A stretch of DNA of 63,276 nt, the filler included, from Licmophora abbreviata (taxonomy: Eukaryota): NCBI GenBank assembly GCA_900291995.1. It is 11 parts of 11 records of this genome, joined end to end, with 100 filler letters (N's around TTAATTAATTAA, not from the genome) between each part and the next. Parts side by side here need not be neighbours in the genome. Positions count along the whole stretch, not along the records: positions 34,721 to 49,846 come from OLMU01001539.1; 10 more parts are not named here. One strand, written 5' to 3'. This document shows positions 35,012 through 46,525 of this stretch, piece after piece (position 1 is the stretch's first letter; the number at the start of each line of letters is the position of its first letter). Under the pieces are notes generated by a model, which searched no databases, was not told the DNA's origin, and worked only from the letters and a program-made list of their open reading frames with translations. A program made the position numbers and the translations under genes.

Positions 35012-37432
35012 TCACGCCTTGCTAATCGTGTCTGCATCCTCGGCCAGCCAACTTTTGGCAGCCTGCAGTGCTATGAAACCAAGTCGGTTGTCTTGCGTTC
35101 CAGATGGATCCCGAATACAATCCAGCTCCACTATCGATTCTGCCAGTTCGCGCAGTTCTACCTGATTTTCTATGTCGTGACGCAACGCCACTGCGGCCTG
35201 TAGAAAGAGCAGCATGACTCTTGGATTCTCCTTCAGCTGCCGTATATCGATCCAATGGAGACCTCGTTGTTCCTCCTTTCTCACAACGTCATAGTACAGT
35301 CCAATGACCTTCCGATAGAGCTCTCGCTGCTTCTCCACGTCGCTTACTCGCGCATGTCGCAGATACGATGAAGCCAAGGCTCCCAGTGTAGCCACATGAG
35401 GACGCCATACCACGGACCGATCTTCGTCGCCACGACAGGTCAGCGCCATGTTCCATGTCGCCTCTGCCAACTCGCTTCTATCTCGCGCTGCCCGAATCAG
35501 TTCGCGCCATGATCTATCGTTGGGTGTAAGGCCTGCCACCCGAATCCATGACATAACTTCCAGAGCACGGCTCCGGTCTCCGACTTTTGCGCAAGCTCGA
35601 AGGAGTGCGTTGTAGCACGCCAGATCTGGTTCCGCTTCGACTGCTTTCATTTCTTGAAAGACTAGAAACACCTTCGTAAGGGTCAGTTCTTGTCGACTTG
35701 AAAAGTTCTGTGCTCGCGTTTGTAAATTCCGCTTCCAATGATTCGTGTCTTGCATTAAGCTGCGCATGAGCTCTGTATATACTTCTATCGCTCGGGTTCC
35801 ACTAGATCTCAATATATCGTCATCGTTGCTGTTGCTGCTTCTGACGGTTCGTTTGTTTTCTACGTGTACCAGTCGCTCAGCACTCGTCATAAGACTCGTG
35901 TACATGACTTCGCTGGGCGACAAGCCTTCGCGTTCCATGTATCGCAGCACGTCAAGCGCTTCCGCCATGTATCCATGTCGCAGGAGACAATCCGTCAAGC
36001 AACCACAGGTGATTGTATTGGGCTGCACTCCAAACTTGGTCGACATGGACGAGAATAAGCGCAGAGCCGTTTCAATCCGTCCCGCCTTTCCAGCAGCATC
36101 AATGGCTGCTGTCCAGGCTCCAACCTCATTCGGAAAGGAGTACGAGGTCAGATCTGTATTTGTAGCATTGCCACTTTTGCTGCTGCCATAGGTCTTCATT
36201 TTGGCTCGTCGTTCCTGCTCCACGACTTTCTGTCTCAACATGGTACGAAGACCCTGCAGTGCCAAATCGGCTCGACCGCAGCGCCCACAGACATCGATGA
36301 GTGCACTATAGGTCATACCGTTTGGACGAATATTGTGCTTTGTCTTCATTTCGCGCAGCAAGGCAAACGCAAGCGATGGGTCGTTGGCGCCGCTCGCGGT
36401 AGAGGCCTTGCGAGCGACTGTTGCAATGAGACTGGTGTACGTGCGAGCATCGGGCCTTACGCCAGAGTCTTCCAACAGCTGCTTGGCCTCCAATGCAGCA
36501 TCGAGGTCGCCTGCCTTGTAGCAGGCATTCATAAGAGTGTTGTAGGTAACAAGATTCGGTTTGAGTCGGGGTACATCCTTGCCGTTTCCGTCACGCATCT
36601 GCCGCATCAAGTCTTGCGCGTTTTGTACGTCTGCCATCTTTGCATAGACATTCATCAGAATATTTGCAGCTTTGACATCGGGCAACAAGACAAACATGGA
36701 GTCAACCTGCCGTTTGGGAGACGCAAAAAATTCAGCTTGCAGTTTCATGAGATTCCAAAGTCGTAAAGCTACAGGGGCCTTGCCCACCTGCACTGCCCGG
36801 GACATGAGGGTCGAGTACGTGACAAGTGTCGGCGCGGGAACAGTCCAGGCCATGATACTGTGACTTCGCATTGAGTGGGCTAGGGAGGCCACTTTTCGCA
36901 TCTTAACATAGAGACGGAGAGCACGTAAGAAGTCACCCCCATCGGCAAAGGTGGCCAGAGCTGCGTTGCAGTCTCGCACTGAGGGGAAATCTGGGACGGA
37001 AGGTCGAGTCACTTGAGAAGACACAGGAGGGTTCTGTGACGCGCTCTGTATGACTTCCAGCGCTCTGAGGAGCAACTCTTCAACCCTCTCTGCTTGTCGG
37101 CATCGACTTGAGGACGTGTTTGGATTCCCGCTGGGTTTCTTCTTGTACCGGCGCTGCCGCTGCCGTCGAGATGTTGGACGGGTGGAGGCTGCTTTCGACG
37201 CAGATTCACTCTCTTTCCTCGCCGCAGGGACGGCATATGCCACGCAGACTGCTGTATCAGTAGTTATGTGAGATCCTCGTATACAAATCCGATCTATCAT
37301 TCTCGAGGAAGAGAATCCCTCGCATCGAATGGACATCCACAGAAGGACTGGTAGTATCCCACAGAGTACCAACGGTCGATCGACAGCGCGCCTGATTCTC
37401 CGTCTTGAACTCTCGGGCCGACCACGCTTCAT
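35012..37432 (-). CDS. Pentatricopeptide-repeat protein, probably plastid-targeted
   Basis: Multiple PPR motifs (PNLVTYNTLMNAC, PDARTYTSLI, PNGMTYSALIDVC). Hydrophobic signal ends at CEG|F. Confidence 0.9.
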   Translation of the reverse strand: MKRGRPESSRRRIRRAVDRPLVLCGILPVLLWMSIRCEGFSSSRMIDRICIRGSHITTDTAVCVAYAVPAARKESESASKAASTRPTSRRQRQRRYKKKPSGNPNTSSSRCRQAERVEELLLRALEVIQSASQNPPVSSQVTRPSVPDFPSVRDCNAALATFADGGDFLRALRLYVKMRKVASLAHSMRSHSIMAWTVPAPTLVTYSTLMSRAVQVGKAPVALRLWNLMKLQAEFFASPKRQVDSMFVLLPDVKAANILMNVYAKMADVQNAQDLMRQMRDGNGKDVPRLKPNLVTYNTLMNACYKAGDLDAALEAKQLLEDSGVRPDARTYTSLIATVARKASTASGANDPSLAFALLREMKTKHNIRPNGMTYSALIDVCGRCGRADLALQGLRTMLRQKVVEQERRAKMKTYGSSKSGNATNTDLTSYSFPNEVGAWTAAIDAAGKAGRIETALRLFSSMSTKFGVQPNTITCGCLTDCLLRHGYMAEALDVLRYMEREGLSPSEVMYTSLMTSAERLVHVENKRTVRSSNSNDDDILRSSGTRAIEVYTELMRSLMQDTNHWKRNLQTRAQNFSSRQELTLTKVFLVFQEMKAVEAEPDLACYNALLRACAKVGDRSRALEVMSWIRVAGLTPNDRSWRELIRAARDRSELAEATWNMALTCRGDEDRSVVWRPHVATLGALASSYLRHARVSDVEKQRELYRKVIGLYYDVVRKEEQRGLHWIDIRQLKENPRVMLLFLQAAVALRHDIENQVELRELAESIVELDCIRDPSGTQDNRLGFIALQAAKSWLAEDADTISKA

Positions 37433-37876
37433 CCTCTCGCTACCGTCTCTCTATCTCAGACATTCTATCCAGAATTGAAAGTAGCGCCGGACTTCCTTTT
37501 GGGCTTGGCAGTATGATAGTCTACAACGCGGCGGCGCTGATGGCTGATGATGGATGTCGCGGCCGAGAGGCGACGAGAGGGACCTCGGCCGATATCGCGC
37601 GGCAGTCACATCGTAGCTCGTAGCTCGCGTTTTTCGAATTGTTCCTGTGTTGTGTGAGAGGTGAGAGGCTCAACGAAGTCAAAGAAAATCCGTTCGTGGG
37701 AAGACTTCTTTCAAATACTTGTTTAGTTTAAGATGACAAGACACATTCATCTCTACAGTGTGACAGTGTGCTGAACGACATGCCCTAGAGCAAATGTCAA
37801 GATGCGAAGAGGCTCCCGAGACACATACCATCTCAGACGCCTCCATTCCTTTCATCCCACGTTTCTTCTTCTTCTT

Positions 37877-39147
37877 CTAAGCTTGCGTTTCACAGTCGCG
37901 CTCGGCCGAAAAGAGCGATACAGGCGACAGAGAATTGTTTTCCTCCACCAACTCGACATGTCGCTTGTGACGAGTACGACGGTTATGGAACCAAACCATC
38001 AATGCCATCAAGCCGCCCGTCGACATGGCGACCGTAGCACCAATCGTCCAGGGAGTCCAGGGCTTGGATGCCTTGGGAGCAGGATCAACCGCCACTTCGG
38101 CAGAGGATGGATCGCGAGGCAAGGGAGCAATGTAAGTGAGCTTTTCAACCGCCGCAATCTCCCCAGCAGTGTAGTTTGCCATGGCCATTTGAAGAGCCGA
38201 ATAGACCAGGAAGGCAGCGTAGTCGGGGTCGACCTCCTTGTTGATGATAAAGGCCAGCTGCGTTTCCAGCAAGAAGCAGTCCGTGGCGTTGGCAGACGTC
38301 ACGTTGCAGAAACCTGCAAAGAGAACAATAGAGATGCGATCAAGGAAGTTAGCGAGTTTTAGAGCTGAACAACTGACAATTCAATAGTCCCACATACCCA
38401 GCACATCCGTGTCGGTCGCCAAGTGTCGGTGCTCGACTTCCACTTCGACAAGGGCACGACGACCCAAGCCAGGGCACTCCAGTGCTGCCAGCGCAGCCAT
38501 GTTCAAAAGGTTAGACTCCAATGCGCCAACAAAATCCTCGGTCGAATTAGAAGTTGTCTCAGCAGCATAGGCAACAGCAAGCGAGAGAGGAGTAGTTACG
38601 TTGGACGGGGGAGCAAATATGGCACCCTGGTCAGAACAACCAAAGAGCGTGTCGGGGACCAGCAAGCCGCTGTCTGTAGGAGATGATGTAGGCGGAGCAG
38701 TCGAGGCAGGCACCAATGTTGTGGTTGGAGCACTGGAAGGAGTAATCGTTGGTGCCGCAGTGGTTGGCGCAGCAGTCATGGTAGGTGCTAGAGTGGGTGG
38801 GACGGTAGGGCTCGGCGTCGGGCTCGGCGTCGGGCTGGGGCGCGGGCGAGGGTTGTATGCGTAGGACATTGACGTCGACATATCGTTCGAAAAGTCAAAG
38901 AGCGTGAAATGAGGAAGAAAAAAGCATATGGTCAATCACAGCTGATAAAGGTTAACGTTAGAGCAACAGCACTCTAGACTTACGCTCGAAAGTGATCAAA
39001 GTCCTCCACAAGCTCTTCTTCCACCTCCATCTCTTGCTCATGATGGTGCTTTCGGATCAAATCTCGACCCATGACGAGAGGGTTTCGAAAAGCGAGAGTC
39101 TCATGGACTAGGAGAAGAGCTACTGCACAACTCGTAAACTTGTTCAT
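37877..39147 (-). CDS. Secreted/single-pass membrane protein with Pro/Thr (PTxAP) repeats and RXL motifs; introns ~38905-38983 and 38314-38397
   Basis: Signal peptide MNKFTSCAVALLLVHETLA; RDL, RRAL and RHL motifs; PSPTPSPT repeats; C-terminal TM followed by RRTRHKR. Confidence 0.7.
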
Positions 39148-39859
39148 CTTGGGGAGTAGGGAAGGGCACTGACGCTGAACTTGAGCTCGAAAATGTGAGC
39201 TTTGGTTTTGTGTCTTTGTGTGCTGAACGACTCCATGCATGCCTTTCAGTCTCCACCAGTTTTAAATTTCGGCTCCCGGCTCAGTCACAACACGAACCCA
39301 TCGTAGAATCTAGCATCAGTGTAGGGGAGAGTCCCATGTGCTAAGCACCAAGCCTCTAAGTGATGGCGGGAACGAGACATCAAAAGTTTTCTTCGACATG
39401 ATTGTTGATTAGCGCGTGACCGAGCTTATTCGGCATGCGTGTCTTGCCACGAACGGAATTCAGCCATGTGCAAAAGTCCAACGATAGCTAGAGGTGCGTG
39501 GGCGATAAAGTGGCCGGTCATGGTGGTTGTCAAAGGAAGTGTCGAGGTGCTGGCAGTGTGTGGTGTTGTGTGTCCATCATGTCGACATGCGACGTGCGGT
39601 GTTGAGGTGGGCCGCGAGGCGCGCCCGCGCGGTCGAGGGTTCGTCTCTCCGGCCTCGCGGTTTATGATGGTTCTGATGAAGGGGCTACCAGTTCCAGGTA
39701 ATTGTTGAATATTACTTTTATCGAGTCCCAGTCTTCGCAACACATGACGCGGCTACAGAGTAAACCGGGGCTAAGGCATGTGGGCTGCGAGCCAAGCGTT
39801 CCCTGGTTTATTCAGTTATCGCCTTTGAGTGGGACGAGAACCACTCCTCCTTAGCAATA

Positions 39860-39907
39860 AAACACCACCAACAACACCACCAACAACAACACCAACAACA
39901 ACACCAC
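39860..39907 (+). repeat. Imperfect (CAA/CAC)n microsatellite
   Basis: aacaccaccaacaacaccaccaacaacaacaccaacaacaacaccac. Confidence 0.85.
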
Positions 39908-39929
39908 GGTAGAACCTACCGGTACGCCC

Positions 39930-40695
39930 TCAAGTTGAATGGATACGGTAGCTGTGCAACCATGGAATAAGATGATAGACGAGAGTTTTGGGGTAAAAGT
40001 ACATGCACACAACAATCCATTTTGGTTCCTTGCGGAAAACCTGCAAGGTCTCACGGTTTCCCATTTCCTGGTCGCGTGACGCATACCCCTGTAAGAACTC
40101 ATACACAGCGTATCCATTATATGCCGTGTGCCCATGCAGTTTCCAGGTGGGAAGATCTTTCATCAACGTTTTCTTTTCACCTTCATTTCGCGGCGCAACC
40201 CCTTGAATTTCCATTCGACCGTCTTTCATCCCAATGGACTGCAGATCCAAGTAGTAAAACGTGGACGCAAGAGGTGGTCTTGAGAAGCTGATAATGGGTT
40301 TGCTGGTCGCAGAGACCGGTACGCTGGCATCTTGGTCACAGGACAGTATCCGTACAGATCCGTCAAGTGAGATAAGGAGCCAACCTCGGCGCGCAACTGG
40401 CGGCGCGCTCCCGATCCCTCATCTACCAGCTTGGTCTTGGTGAGAGCACCCATCAATCGAGGGAGGCTGTGATGAGCACTGGCTTCTGCCCAGAAACTGA
40501 GGTCGTTGCGCCAAAACGCGAATTGTTCTTGACCATCTTGTTCAAAGTTTTGTATTCGTACTTCCAATTGCCCCCAGCAGTCTGGTCGAGGCAGATACCA
40601 ATACTTGTCATTGAACTTGGAACTGCCCTTGCCCATGCTTGACGCGTCTTTTGTGTAGCTTGTTCGATTACAACGTGATCTGTTGGCTTTGACAA
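39930..40695 (-). CDS. Hypothetical protein with unresolved structure (overlapping ORFs; introns or frameshifts)
   Basis: Three staggered minus-strand ORFs with protein-like composition. No family recognised. Confidence 0.35.
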
Positions 40696-41103
40696 TGCGG
40701 GTACCAGCGGCGGTAGACTACCATATCACGTTCCAACGTTCCAAGATCAAACACTATTCTTTCAATTTCCCAGGACTAAAGGGTGGCGCTTTCAGGCTTG
40801 AAACGGACAGACACCGGACAGAACATAATAACACTGCGTCGAGTGAGTCGAGTCACGAGTCATCATGCGAACGTTCGCCGCGCGATGAACGGAGAAAAAA
40901 AGCGCGAGTCAGTCGATTTGATAGGATTGCTATGACGACCGTTGATCGTTGATGATGAATGTGTTGATTGTTGATTTGACACGTGACAAGACAGTCTCAC
41001 GTTCCTCTGTGTCTCACCAGCAACAGCATACGGTACCATCAGGCCTCTACTGAAAGCCATACCGTAGACGGACTCTCGCTGCGCCCAGTATCGACCTAAA
41101 ATC

Positions 41104-41703
41104 ATGGCTCCCAGGCGGCTTCACCTCCTTGCCTTCTTTCTCCTTTTCTCCTCGCCGCCAGCTCGGTCGCAGTTCGGAATCGCCCAGAACAGGAAACCGC
41201 TCGTCGATCCCGACGGCAGGGTGCAGAAGCTACTCATGGAAATGCAAATAGACGCCGCGACAGGAGAATCAGCCTCACCCACCAACCAGCTGGTAGATTC
41301 GCTGTTGCAAATGGCAAACACAGACCCAAACAATCAAATTCTTAGCGAGCAAGACGCCGTCGACATGGCCTCCATTTTGGAACAGGCCTCACGCGACCCG
41401 GAGACATTGCAGATGGTATTGAAGCTAAAAGCTGAAAAGCAAGAAACCATTGAGGAACTTCTGGAGACGACTGATGCGCAGGTGTTACTGAAGAGTATGA
41501 AGGGAGTGGTGAATGAACTGAAAATGATCGAAATCCTGTTTACGGACAAGGAGAGGGCAGTTCGTGAAATGCAAGCCGGCGGCATGATCGACAAGGACAA
41601 ACTACCCATGTATGAAGCCAATCCCGAGCTTCTGGAACACGAGACGAGGACCAGCATGTATTTTATGTTTTCTGCTCTTGCAGTAGCCGCAGGCTTTCTG
41701 TGA
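41104..41703 (+). CDS. Secreted-pathway helical hypothetical protein
   Basis: Signal peptide (…PARS|QFGI), helical body and a hydrophobic C-terminus. Confidence 0.7.
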   Translation: MAPRRLHLLAFFLLFSSPPARSQFGIAQNRKPLVDPDGRVQKLLMEMQIDAATGESASPTNQLVDSLLQMANTDPNNQILSEQDAVDMASILEQASRDPETLQMVLKLKAEKQETIEELLETTDAQVLLKSMKGVVNELKMIEILFTDKERAVREMQAGGMIDKDKLPMYEANPELLEHETRTSMYFMFSALAVAAGFL

Positions 41704-41810
41704 CGCGGCTGTACCTGGTACAATGCATCATATGACAGCATGGGAAGCCTACAAACCAGGAGGTTCGGCCACATAAACGCATGTATTTTACACCGCTAAT
41801 TAGCTTCATG

Positions 41811-44654
41811 TTATCTTCGCGTGAGTCGATACTGAAACAGCTTCGTCAGTATCCAAGTAAGAATCACAATAAGGAGCGTCTCCCAGCTGAGCACGTGCTT
41901 CATTATAATATGCAGCCTTGTACGGGAACGCCCCGAGCTCGAGCCTCCTTGTGGACTCGGAACCGGATGCCCCACTTCAGGTGTGCCGGCTTTGGGTACG
42001 AACTCTGTGGTGGCCGGTGCCGCTGTAGTCTCCTGTCGGTTAGAATCGCCCCAGATTTCTCTCCAGACGACCGAATGTTTGATAATCCGCTCATGCACTT
42101 TCATGGCCACGAGGGCAATCTGTACGGCAACATCAGCTTCACCAGGCTTAACGGAGGCCGCAAGATCATAGTGGCGCTTAGCCAGTGGAAAGTCTTGTTT
42201 CAACCCTAGGCCCCACTCGTGCATGAACCCAAGATTGAAGTTACCCCTCGGGTTCTTGTGTCGACGAGCTGCCATATCGTAGTATCTGGCAGCCATGGCC
42301 AAGTCACTCTCACGCACAGACGGACTCACAGCCGTCGCGGTATCGTAGTCTGCTGTGACCAAACAAGTGCCATCAGGTCCAGCGTCGCACGTTTCCTCGT
42401 TTGGCGTTTCCTCTTCCCTAGTCCACTGTTTGAAGCGACGGTACCAAGCTTGTAGGTACGGCCAAACACTCTTTTCAGGATACAAGACGAACGGCAACCA
42501 CCCGAAAGGACCAGGGCCGCGTGTAAAGTCACCCGCCCACGAACGCAGTCGTCCATAGTAGAAGATGTCACCAACATGCAGACAGGCTTCGGGATTGTTC
42601 TCAATGGCGCTTGTACAAGCGCCCTTCCACAGTCGCATGCTCGCTGAGGCACAGCTGGAGGCTTTCATCCCCAGGCATACACCCTGCTCGAGCAAAAAGG
42701 CCGCGTTGATTTGCGCCAACAGATTTCCCGTTTCGGCTGCTGTCATGTAATTCCGCAAGCTCGCTTCGTAATCTCCCGACTGGTGCTGCTCGTAACCACG
42801 CCGCAGTCGCTGTGACAGATAGGGAGATGCGTGCTCCGCCAACCAGTGAAAGTGTTTCAAGGCTTTCGGGCATTCCTTCTTGATTGCCACTAGACTTCTT
42901 CCGTCCGACAACGTCACATTGACTCCATCTGCATACATCATCCCTAGTCTGTGTTTTGCTTGAAGGTGCCCTTTCTGACTGGCTGCCACCAAATCTTGGA
43001 TCGCCATGATGTAGTCCGCCTTGGTAGGTCCCGCCGTCTCCAAGGACAACCCACGATCTCTCATAAATGTCGGCAAGTCTTGATCCGGTTGATCTCTCAG
43101 TTGGTGCAACTCGACCCAGTACGTCTTCCATCCTAGACGCATCATGGCCATATGGTAGCGTGCTTCGGCGCTGCCCATTTCCTGTGCTAGCTGAAAGTAA
43201 GCATTGGCCTTTTCCAGATCGATCGGTACCACCATCGGCACACCCAGCACATGCAGCAGTCCTAGTCCAGTCAAGGCACGTGCATCACACTGATTCTTTT
43301 CCGGTTGTGCCTTGCGTCTCCAGTGGCGCTTGCGACACTCTTCCACACCAAACGGCGCGCCCTTCAAAAAGTACTTATGCGCTTTGTACAGATTGCGTTC
43401 GTACCACTCCATCCCCAAGCCCCAGATATGAAACATCCCAGCAAGCCCTGCACTTTCCCAATGATGCAATGTCGATGCCAGGTCATAGTAAAAAAGCGCC
43501 TTTGTCATATTTTGCTGGACACCACGTATGCCATGGTAATAATATTGGCCCAGTGTATACGCCGCACCCACATCATCTTGTTGAGTAGCACGCATGTGAA
43601 AATACTGCAATGCTTCTGCCGGTTCGTCAGGAGCATTGTAGTAGGTATTTCCTGTTTTCAAATGAGTCCCCTGTGAATGCAGCTCGCTCAATACATGTCC
43701 ATCCATGGGTGGTAACTTATAGGCGCGCGAGTGTTTGTCCGCTTCCAATCGGTCGATAATGCCATGGGCGGCCGCTTCGTAGTACGGCAAAGCTCGTTGG
43801 CACTCGTCCGGATGCAAGGAAGCCCAATTATGTTTCGTATCGACCCATTGTCGATATCCCATGGCCAACGCCGCTTCCACATGACCATCCATAGCAGCCA
43901 TATGATAGAACAGTAAAGAAGAAGTGAGTTGCTCCGAGTTGGACGTGTCCAAGATGCGATTCGAGACGGAGAATTCAGGTGTTGCGGGGGACAAAAAGGG
44001 AGGAATGCCCGAGGCGGCATAGTTGGCAAAAGCAAACTGAGCATCGGCGTGTCCCAAGTGGACTGCTTCTTCAAACGAGATCCACAAATGAGATAATCGT
44101 TCGGGATCGAGATTGCCTAGGGACGCAGAAGCAGAGGACGATGACTGGTCACTTTGTGTCTCGTCCCGGTCATTCACGGTGGCATCCCACTGTTGAAAGA
44201 ATGGCAAGACTTGATTCCAGTAGTGCTGCGCAGCCTTACGAGCACCCGTAGTATATGGCTGCGACGAGCGTTTCCACAGAAACAAATCTTCCTCTCTGGT
44301 TTCCCGCATGGGCTGTACCGAGCGACTGTTGGACGCCGTAAGGAGATCCACCGTGGGTGGTTCGGAATGGCTCGCGCCACCAGTCACTGCTATTTGCGCG
44401 ACGGATACTGGAATATTCGTATTTGCAGTAGCTTTTTGAATATTCTGTTTTCGTAAGAGTCGTATCTGACGTTGGCGGTGTACAAAGATCAGTTGCATAG
44501 TCACGACGCTGGCTCCCAGCAGCAAGGCGACGCCCCCGAGGACAGCCACGACGAGGAGTTTTCGAGTCGAGATTCCGCCCAAGACGTCACCATCGTGATG
44601 ATGAGGATGAAGTTCAATAGGGTTCTGATGTCGATCTTGCTGTGGGTCTGCCAT
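41811..44654 (-). CDS. Sel1-like repeat protein, SEL1L/Hrd3-like (ERAD)
   Basis: Several SLR repeats (AAYTLGQYYYHGIRGV; NFNLGFMHEWGLGLKQDFPLAKRHYD; AAETGNLLAQINAAFL), a CxxALxYY motif and a C-terminal TM. Confidence 0.85.
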   Translation of the reverse strand: MADPQQDRHQNPIELHPHHHDGDVLGGISTRKLLVVAVLGGVALLLGASVVTMQLIFVHRQRQIRLLRKQNIQKATANTNIPVSVAQIAVTGGASHSEPPTVDLLTASNSRSVQPMRETREEDLFLWKRSSQPYTTGARKAAQHYWNQVLPFFQQWDATVNDRDETQSDQSSSSASASLGNLDPERLSHLWISFEEAVHLGHADAQFAFANYAASGIPPFLSPATPEFSVSNRILDTSNSEQLTSSLLFYHMAAMDGHVEAALAMGYRQWVDTKHNWASLHPDECQRALPYYEAAAHGIIDRLEADKHSRAYKLPPMDGHVLSELHSQGTHLKTGNTYYNAPDEPAEALQYFHMRATQQDDVGAAYTLGQYYYHGIRGVQQNMTKALFYYDLASTLHHWESAGLAGMFHIWGLGMEWYERNLYKAHKYFLKGAPFGVEECRKRHWRRKAQPEKNQCDARALTGLGLLHVLGVPMVVPIDLEKANAYFQLAQEMGSAEARYHMAMMRLGWKTYWVELHQLRDQPDQDLPTFMRDRGLSLETAGPTKADYIMAIQDLVAASQKGHLQAKHRLGMMYADGVNVTLSDGRSLVAIKKECPKALKHFHWLAEHASPYLSQRLRRGYEQHQSGDYEASLRNYMTAAETGNLLAQINAAFLLEQGVCLGMKASSCASASMRLWKGACTSAIENNPEACLHVGDIFYYGRLRSWAGDFTRGPGPFGWLPFVLYPEKSVWPYLQAWYRRFKQWTREEETPNEETCDAGPDGTCLVTADYDTATAVSPSVRESDLAMAARYYDMAARRHKNPRGNFNLGFMHEWGLGLKQDFPLAKRHYDLAASVKPGEADVAVQIALVAMKVHERIIKHSVVWREIWGDSNRQETTAAPATTEFVPKAGTPEVGHPVPSPQGGSSSGRSRTRLHIIMKHVLSWETLLIVILTWILTKLFQYRLTRR

Positions 44655-45208
44655 GGTGGGAAATATTCCTAGGAGAGAGATGGAGGAGTCTTCGGACCCT
44701 ATGGCGGTCACGCCCTTGTCATCTTCACAACCGCAAAATATGTTTGACTTGAGAGTTCGGCCGATTTCGCCGGTCTTTCGTGAATCGTTCGACTCAAATC
44801 GAACCATTCGACTCGAATACAGTTTGGTGTTCGCATTGGCGGAGACTCGGTTTTTGTTGGGAGCGCGCCAGACGTTCTACAGGAAGCATGGTACATTTTC
44901 TACGAAGATTGAAAAAACGTACCCTTAGGGATTTACTTATAGAGAATGTATTCAAACCTTCAAGCGTAAAGAAACGTTGAATGATAACAAATTCAAATTG
45001 ATCTTCCCGATCCCGGAGACATTCGCATGCTTCGAGATGGATCTAACGACACTTTTCGAGTCGTTGCTTGCCCCGCGCCCTTGCGAGCCATCACTCGACG
45101 CACGAGGAACGACTTTTTTCTGAACGCCATCATCGCAGAAGACAACGAAGAGAAATCCCATCTCTTGCCTTGCTCCTCCTCAACGAACACATCCCAGTGA
45201 CAAGCAAC

Positions 45209-46360
45209 ATGATGATGCTTCGTTCTCCGTACGTGCTTGTCGTAGCCGCTGCTTCGATCTGCCTCGTCATGTCGCCGCCAAGCACTTTGGCGCGGCCATC
45301 ACCCGCCCGCGCACATCATCATCAATCAGGCAGTAGTAGACAGAACCGTAAGCACATTCAAACTTCATCTCCTTCCGCACAACGAAAATCTCGTGCCTTT
45401 GCCCTCTGGTCGATGGTGCAACGCGACAGACGCGCCCACGACGACGAAGCTGATAGACAAGAAGGTACTTCCAAGAAGTCAAAGAAGAGCAGCGCAGTCA
45501 ACGTACTTCAAGAAGACGACACCTTTGGGGCTCAAGAGAGCGACCCGTTCGCTTCAATTCTCGATGAGTTTGATGAAAACTGTTCTAGCGCAACGTCCAA
45601 CGAGTACGACCATCTGAGCAGGTCCAACACCGATCGTCATCCAAACGACGAGGAAGCAGCCACAGTGATCTCGCCTCCGAACTCGCATGTGCATTCCCTC
45701 CTCCAGATTCCTTGTGCACTGAGTATGCAGCCTAATGATGAGCCTTATCACTCTTCTGCGATCTACGATCCCATCTCCACCCCTTCTTCCACCACACGGC
45801 TCCTCACCATTGTCGATACTGGAGCCCAAGTCACGGTGCTGAGCCACGATGCCGCCCAAAAGGCTGGTCTCTTGCACTTGATGGATCGACGGTACGGGGG
45901 ACACGCCGCAGGAGTCGGCAACTGTCGCGTGCTGGGTCGCATTCCGGCGAATACACTCCACCTCTCCATCCATGGTCGTGTGTGGAAGGCTCCTGCCATC
46001 CTGGTGCTGGAGCACATGCAGACAGGAGTCGAACTCTTGCTCGGACTCGACTTTTTACGGAGTACAAGTGCTACCCTTAGTCTGTCACGGAATGAAATGA
46101 AACTCTGGGGCAACGGAGAGCACGTGGCGGTGCCATTCCTGCCATCGCGCGATCATCAAGACGACAACAACGACGACGACGACATGTACAGCGACGACGA
46201 CGAGTACGACTACCAAGACGAGTACAGCGTCTTTCAAGAACGGGACACGACCCATCCTCCATCACGGGACGACCAGAGGGTATCACACGCGACGTACAGG
46301 GGAGACGAAGATTACGCTCCCGATGACGAAGAAGAACCCATTGACATGTCAGGGGTCTAG
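45209..46360 (+). CDS. Ddi1-like retroviral-type aspartyl protease with an N-terminal signal peptide
   Basis: IVDTGAQVTVLS, MDRRYGGHAAGVG and LLLGLDFL. Hydrophobic N-terminus; acidic C-terminus. Confidence 0.85.
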   Translation: MMMLRSPYVLVVAAASICLVMSPPSTLARPSPARAHHHQSGSSRQNRKHIQTSSPSAQRKSRAFALWSMVQRDRRAHDDEADRQEGTSKKSKKSSAVNVLQEDDTFGAQESDPFASILDEFDENCSSATSNEYDHLSRSNTDRHPNDEEAATVISPPNSHVHSLLQIPCALSMQPNDEPYHSSAIYDPISTPSSTTRLLTIVDTGAQVTVLSHDAAQKAGLLHLMDRRYGGHAAGVGNCRVLGRIPANTLHLSIHGRVWKAPAILVLEHMQTGVELLLGLDFLRSTSATLSLSRNEMKLWGNGEHVAVPFLPSRDHQDDNNDDDDMYSDDDEYDYQDEYSVFQERDTTHPPSRDDQRVSHATYRGDEDYAPDDEEEPIDMSGV

Positions 46361-46525
46361 ATATGCCTGAGCAATGGATGGGGATGGGAGTAGTTTGTGC
46401 AAGCAAGCAAACCGTGGCTGATTAGACAGTCGTATAGACAGAACCGTACTGTACAGTATAAATCTATGGGGTATTATCAACTATTGAATCGTAGGGTAGC
46501 GTAGCATGATCATCGTACCCACCGT

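Noticed and set aside
45787..46100. Retropepsin as part of an LTR retrotransposon
   Set aside because: It has Ddi1-type motifs (DRRYGG.A.GVG) and a signal peptide, with no gag, RT, integrase or LTRs nearby.
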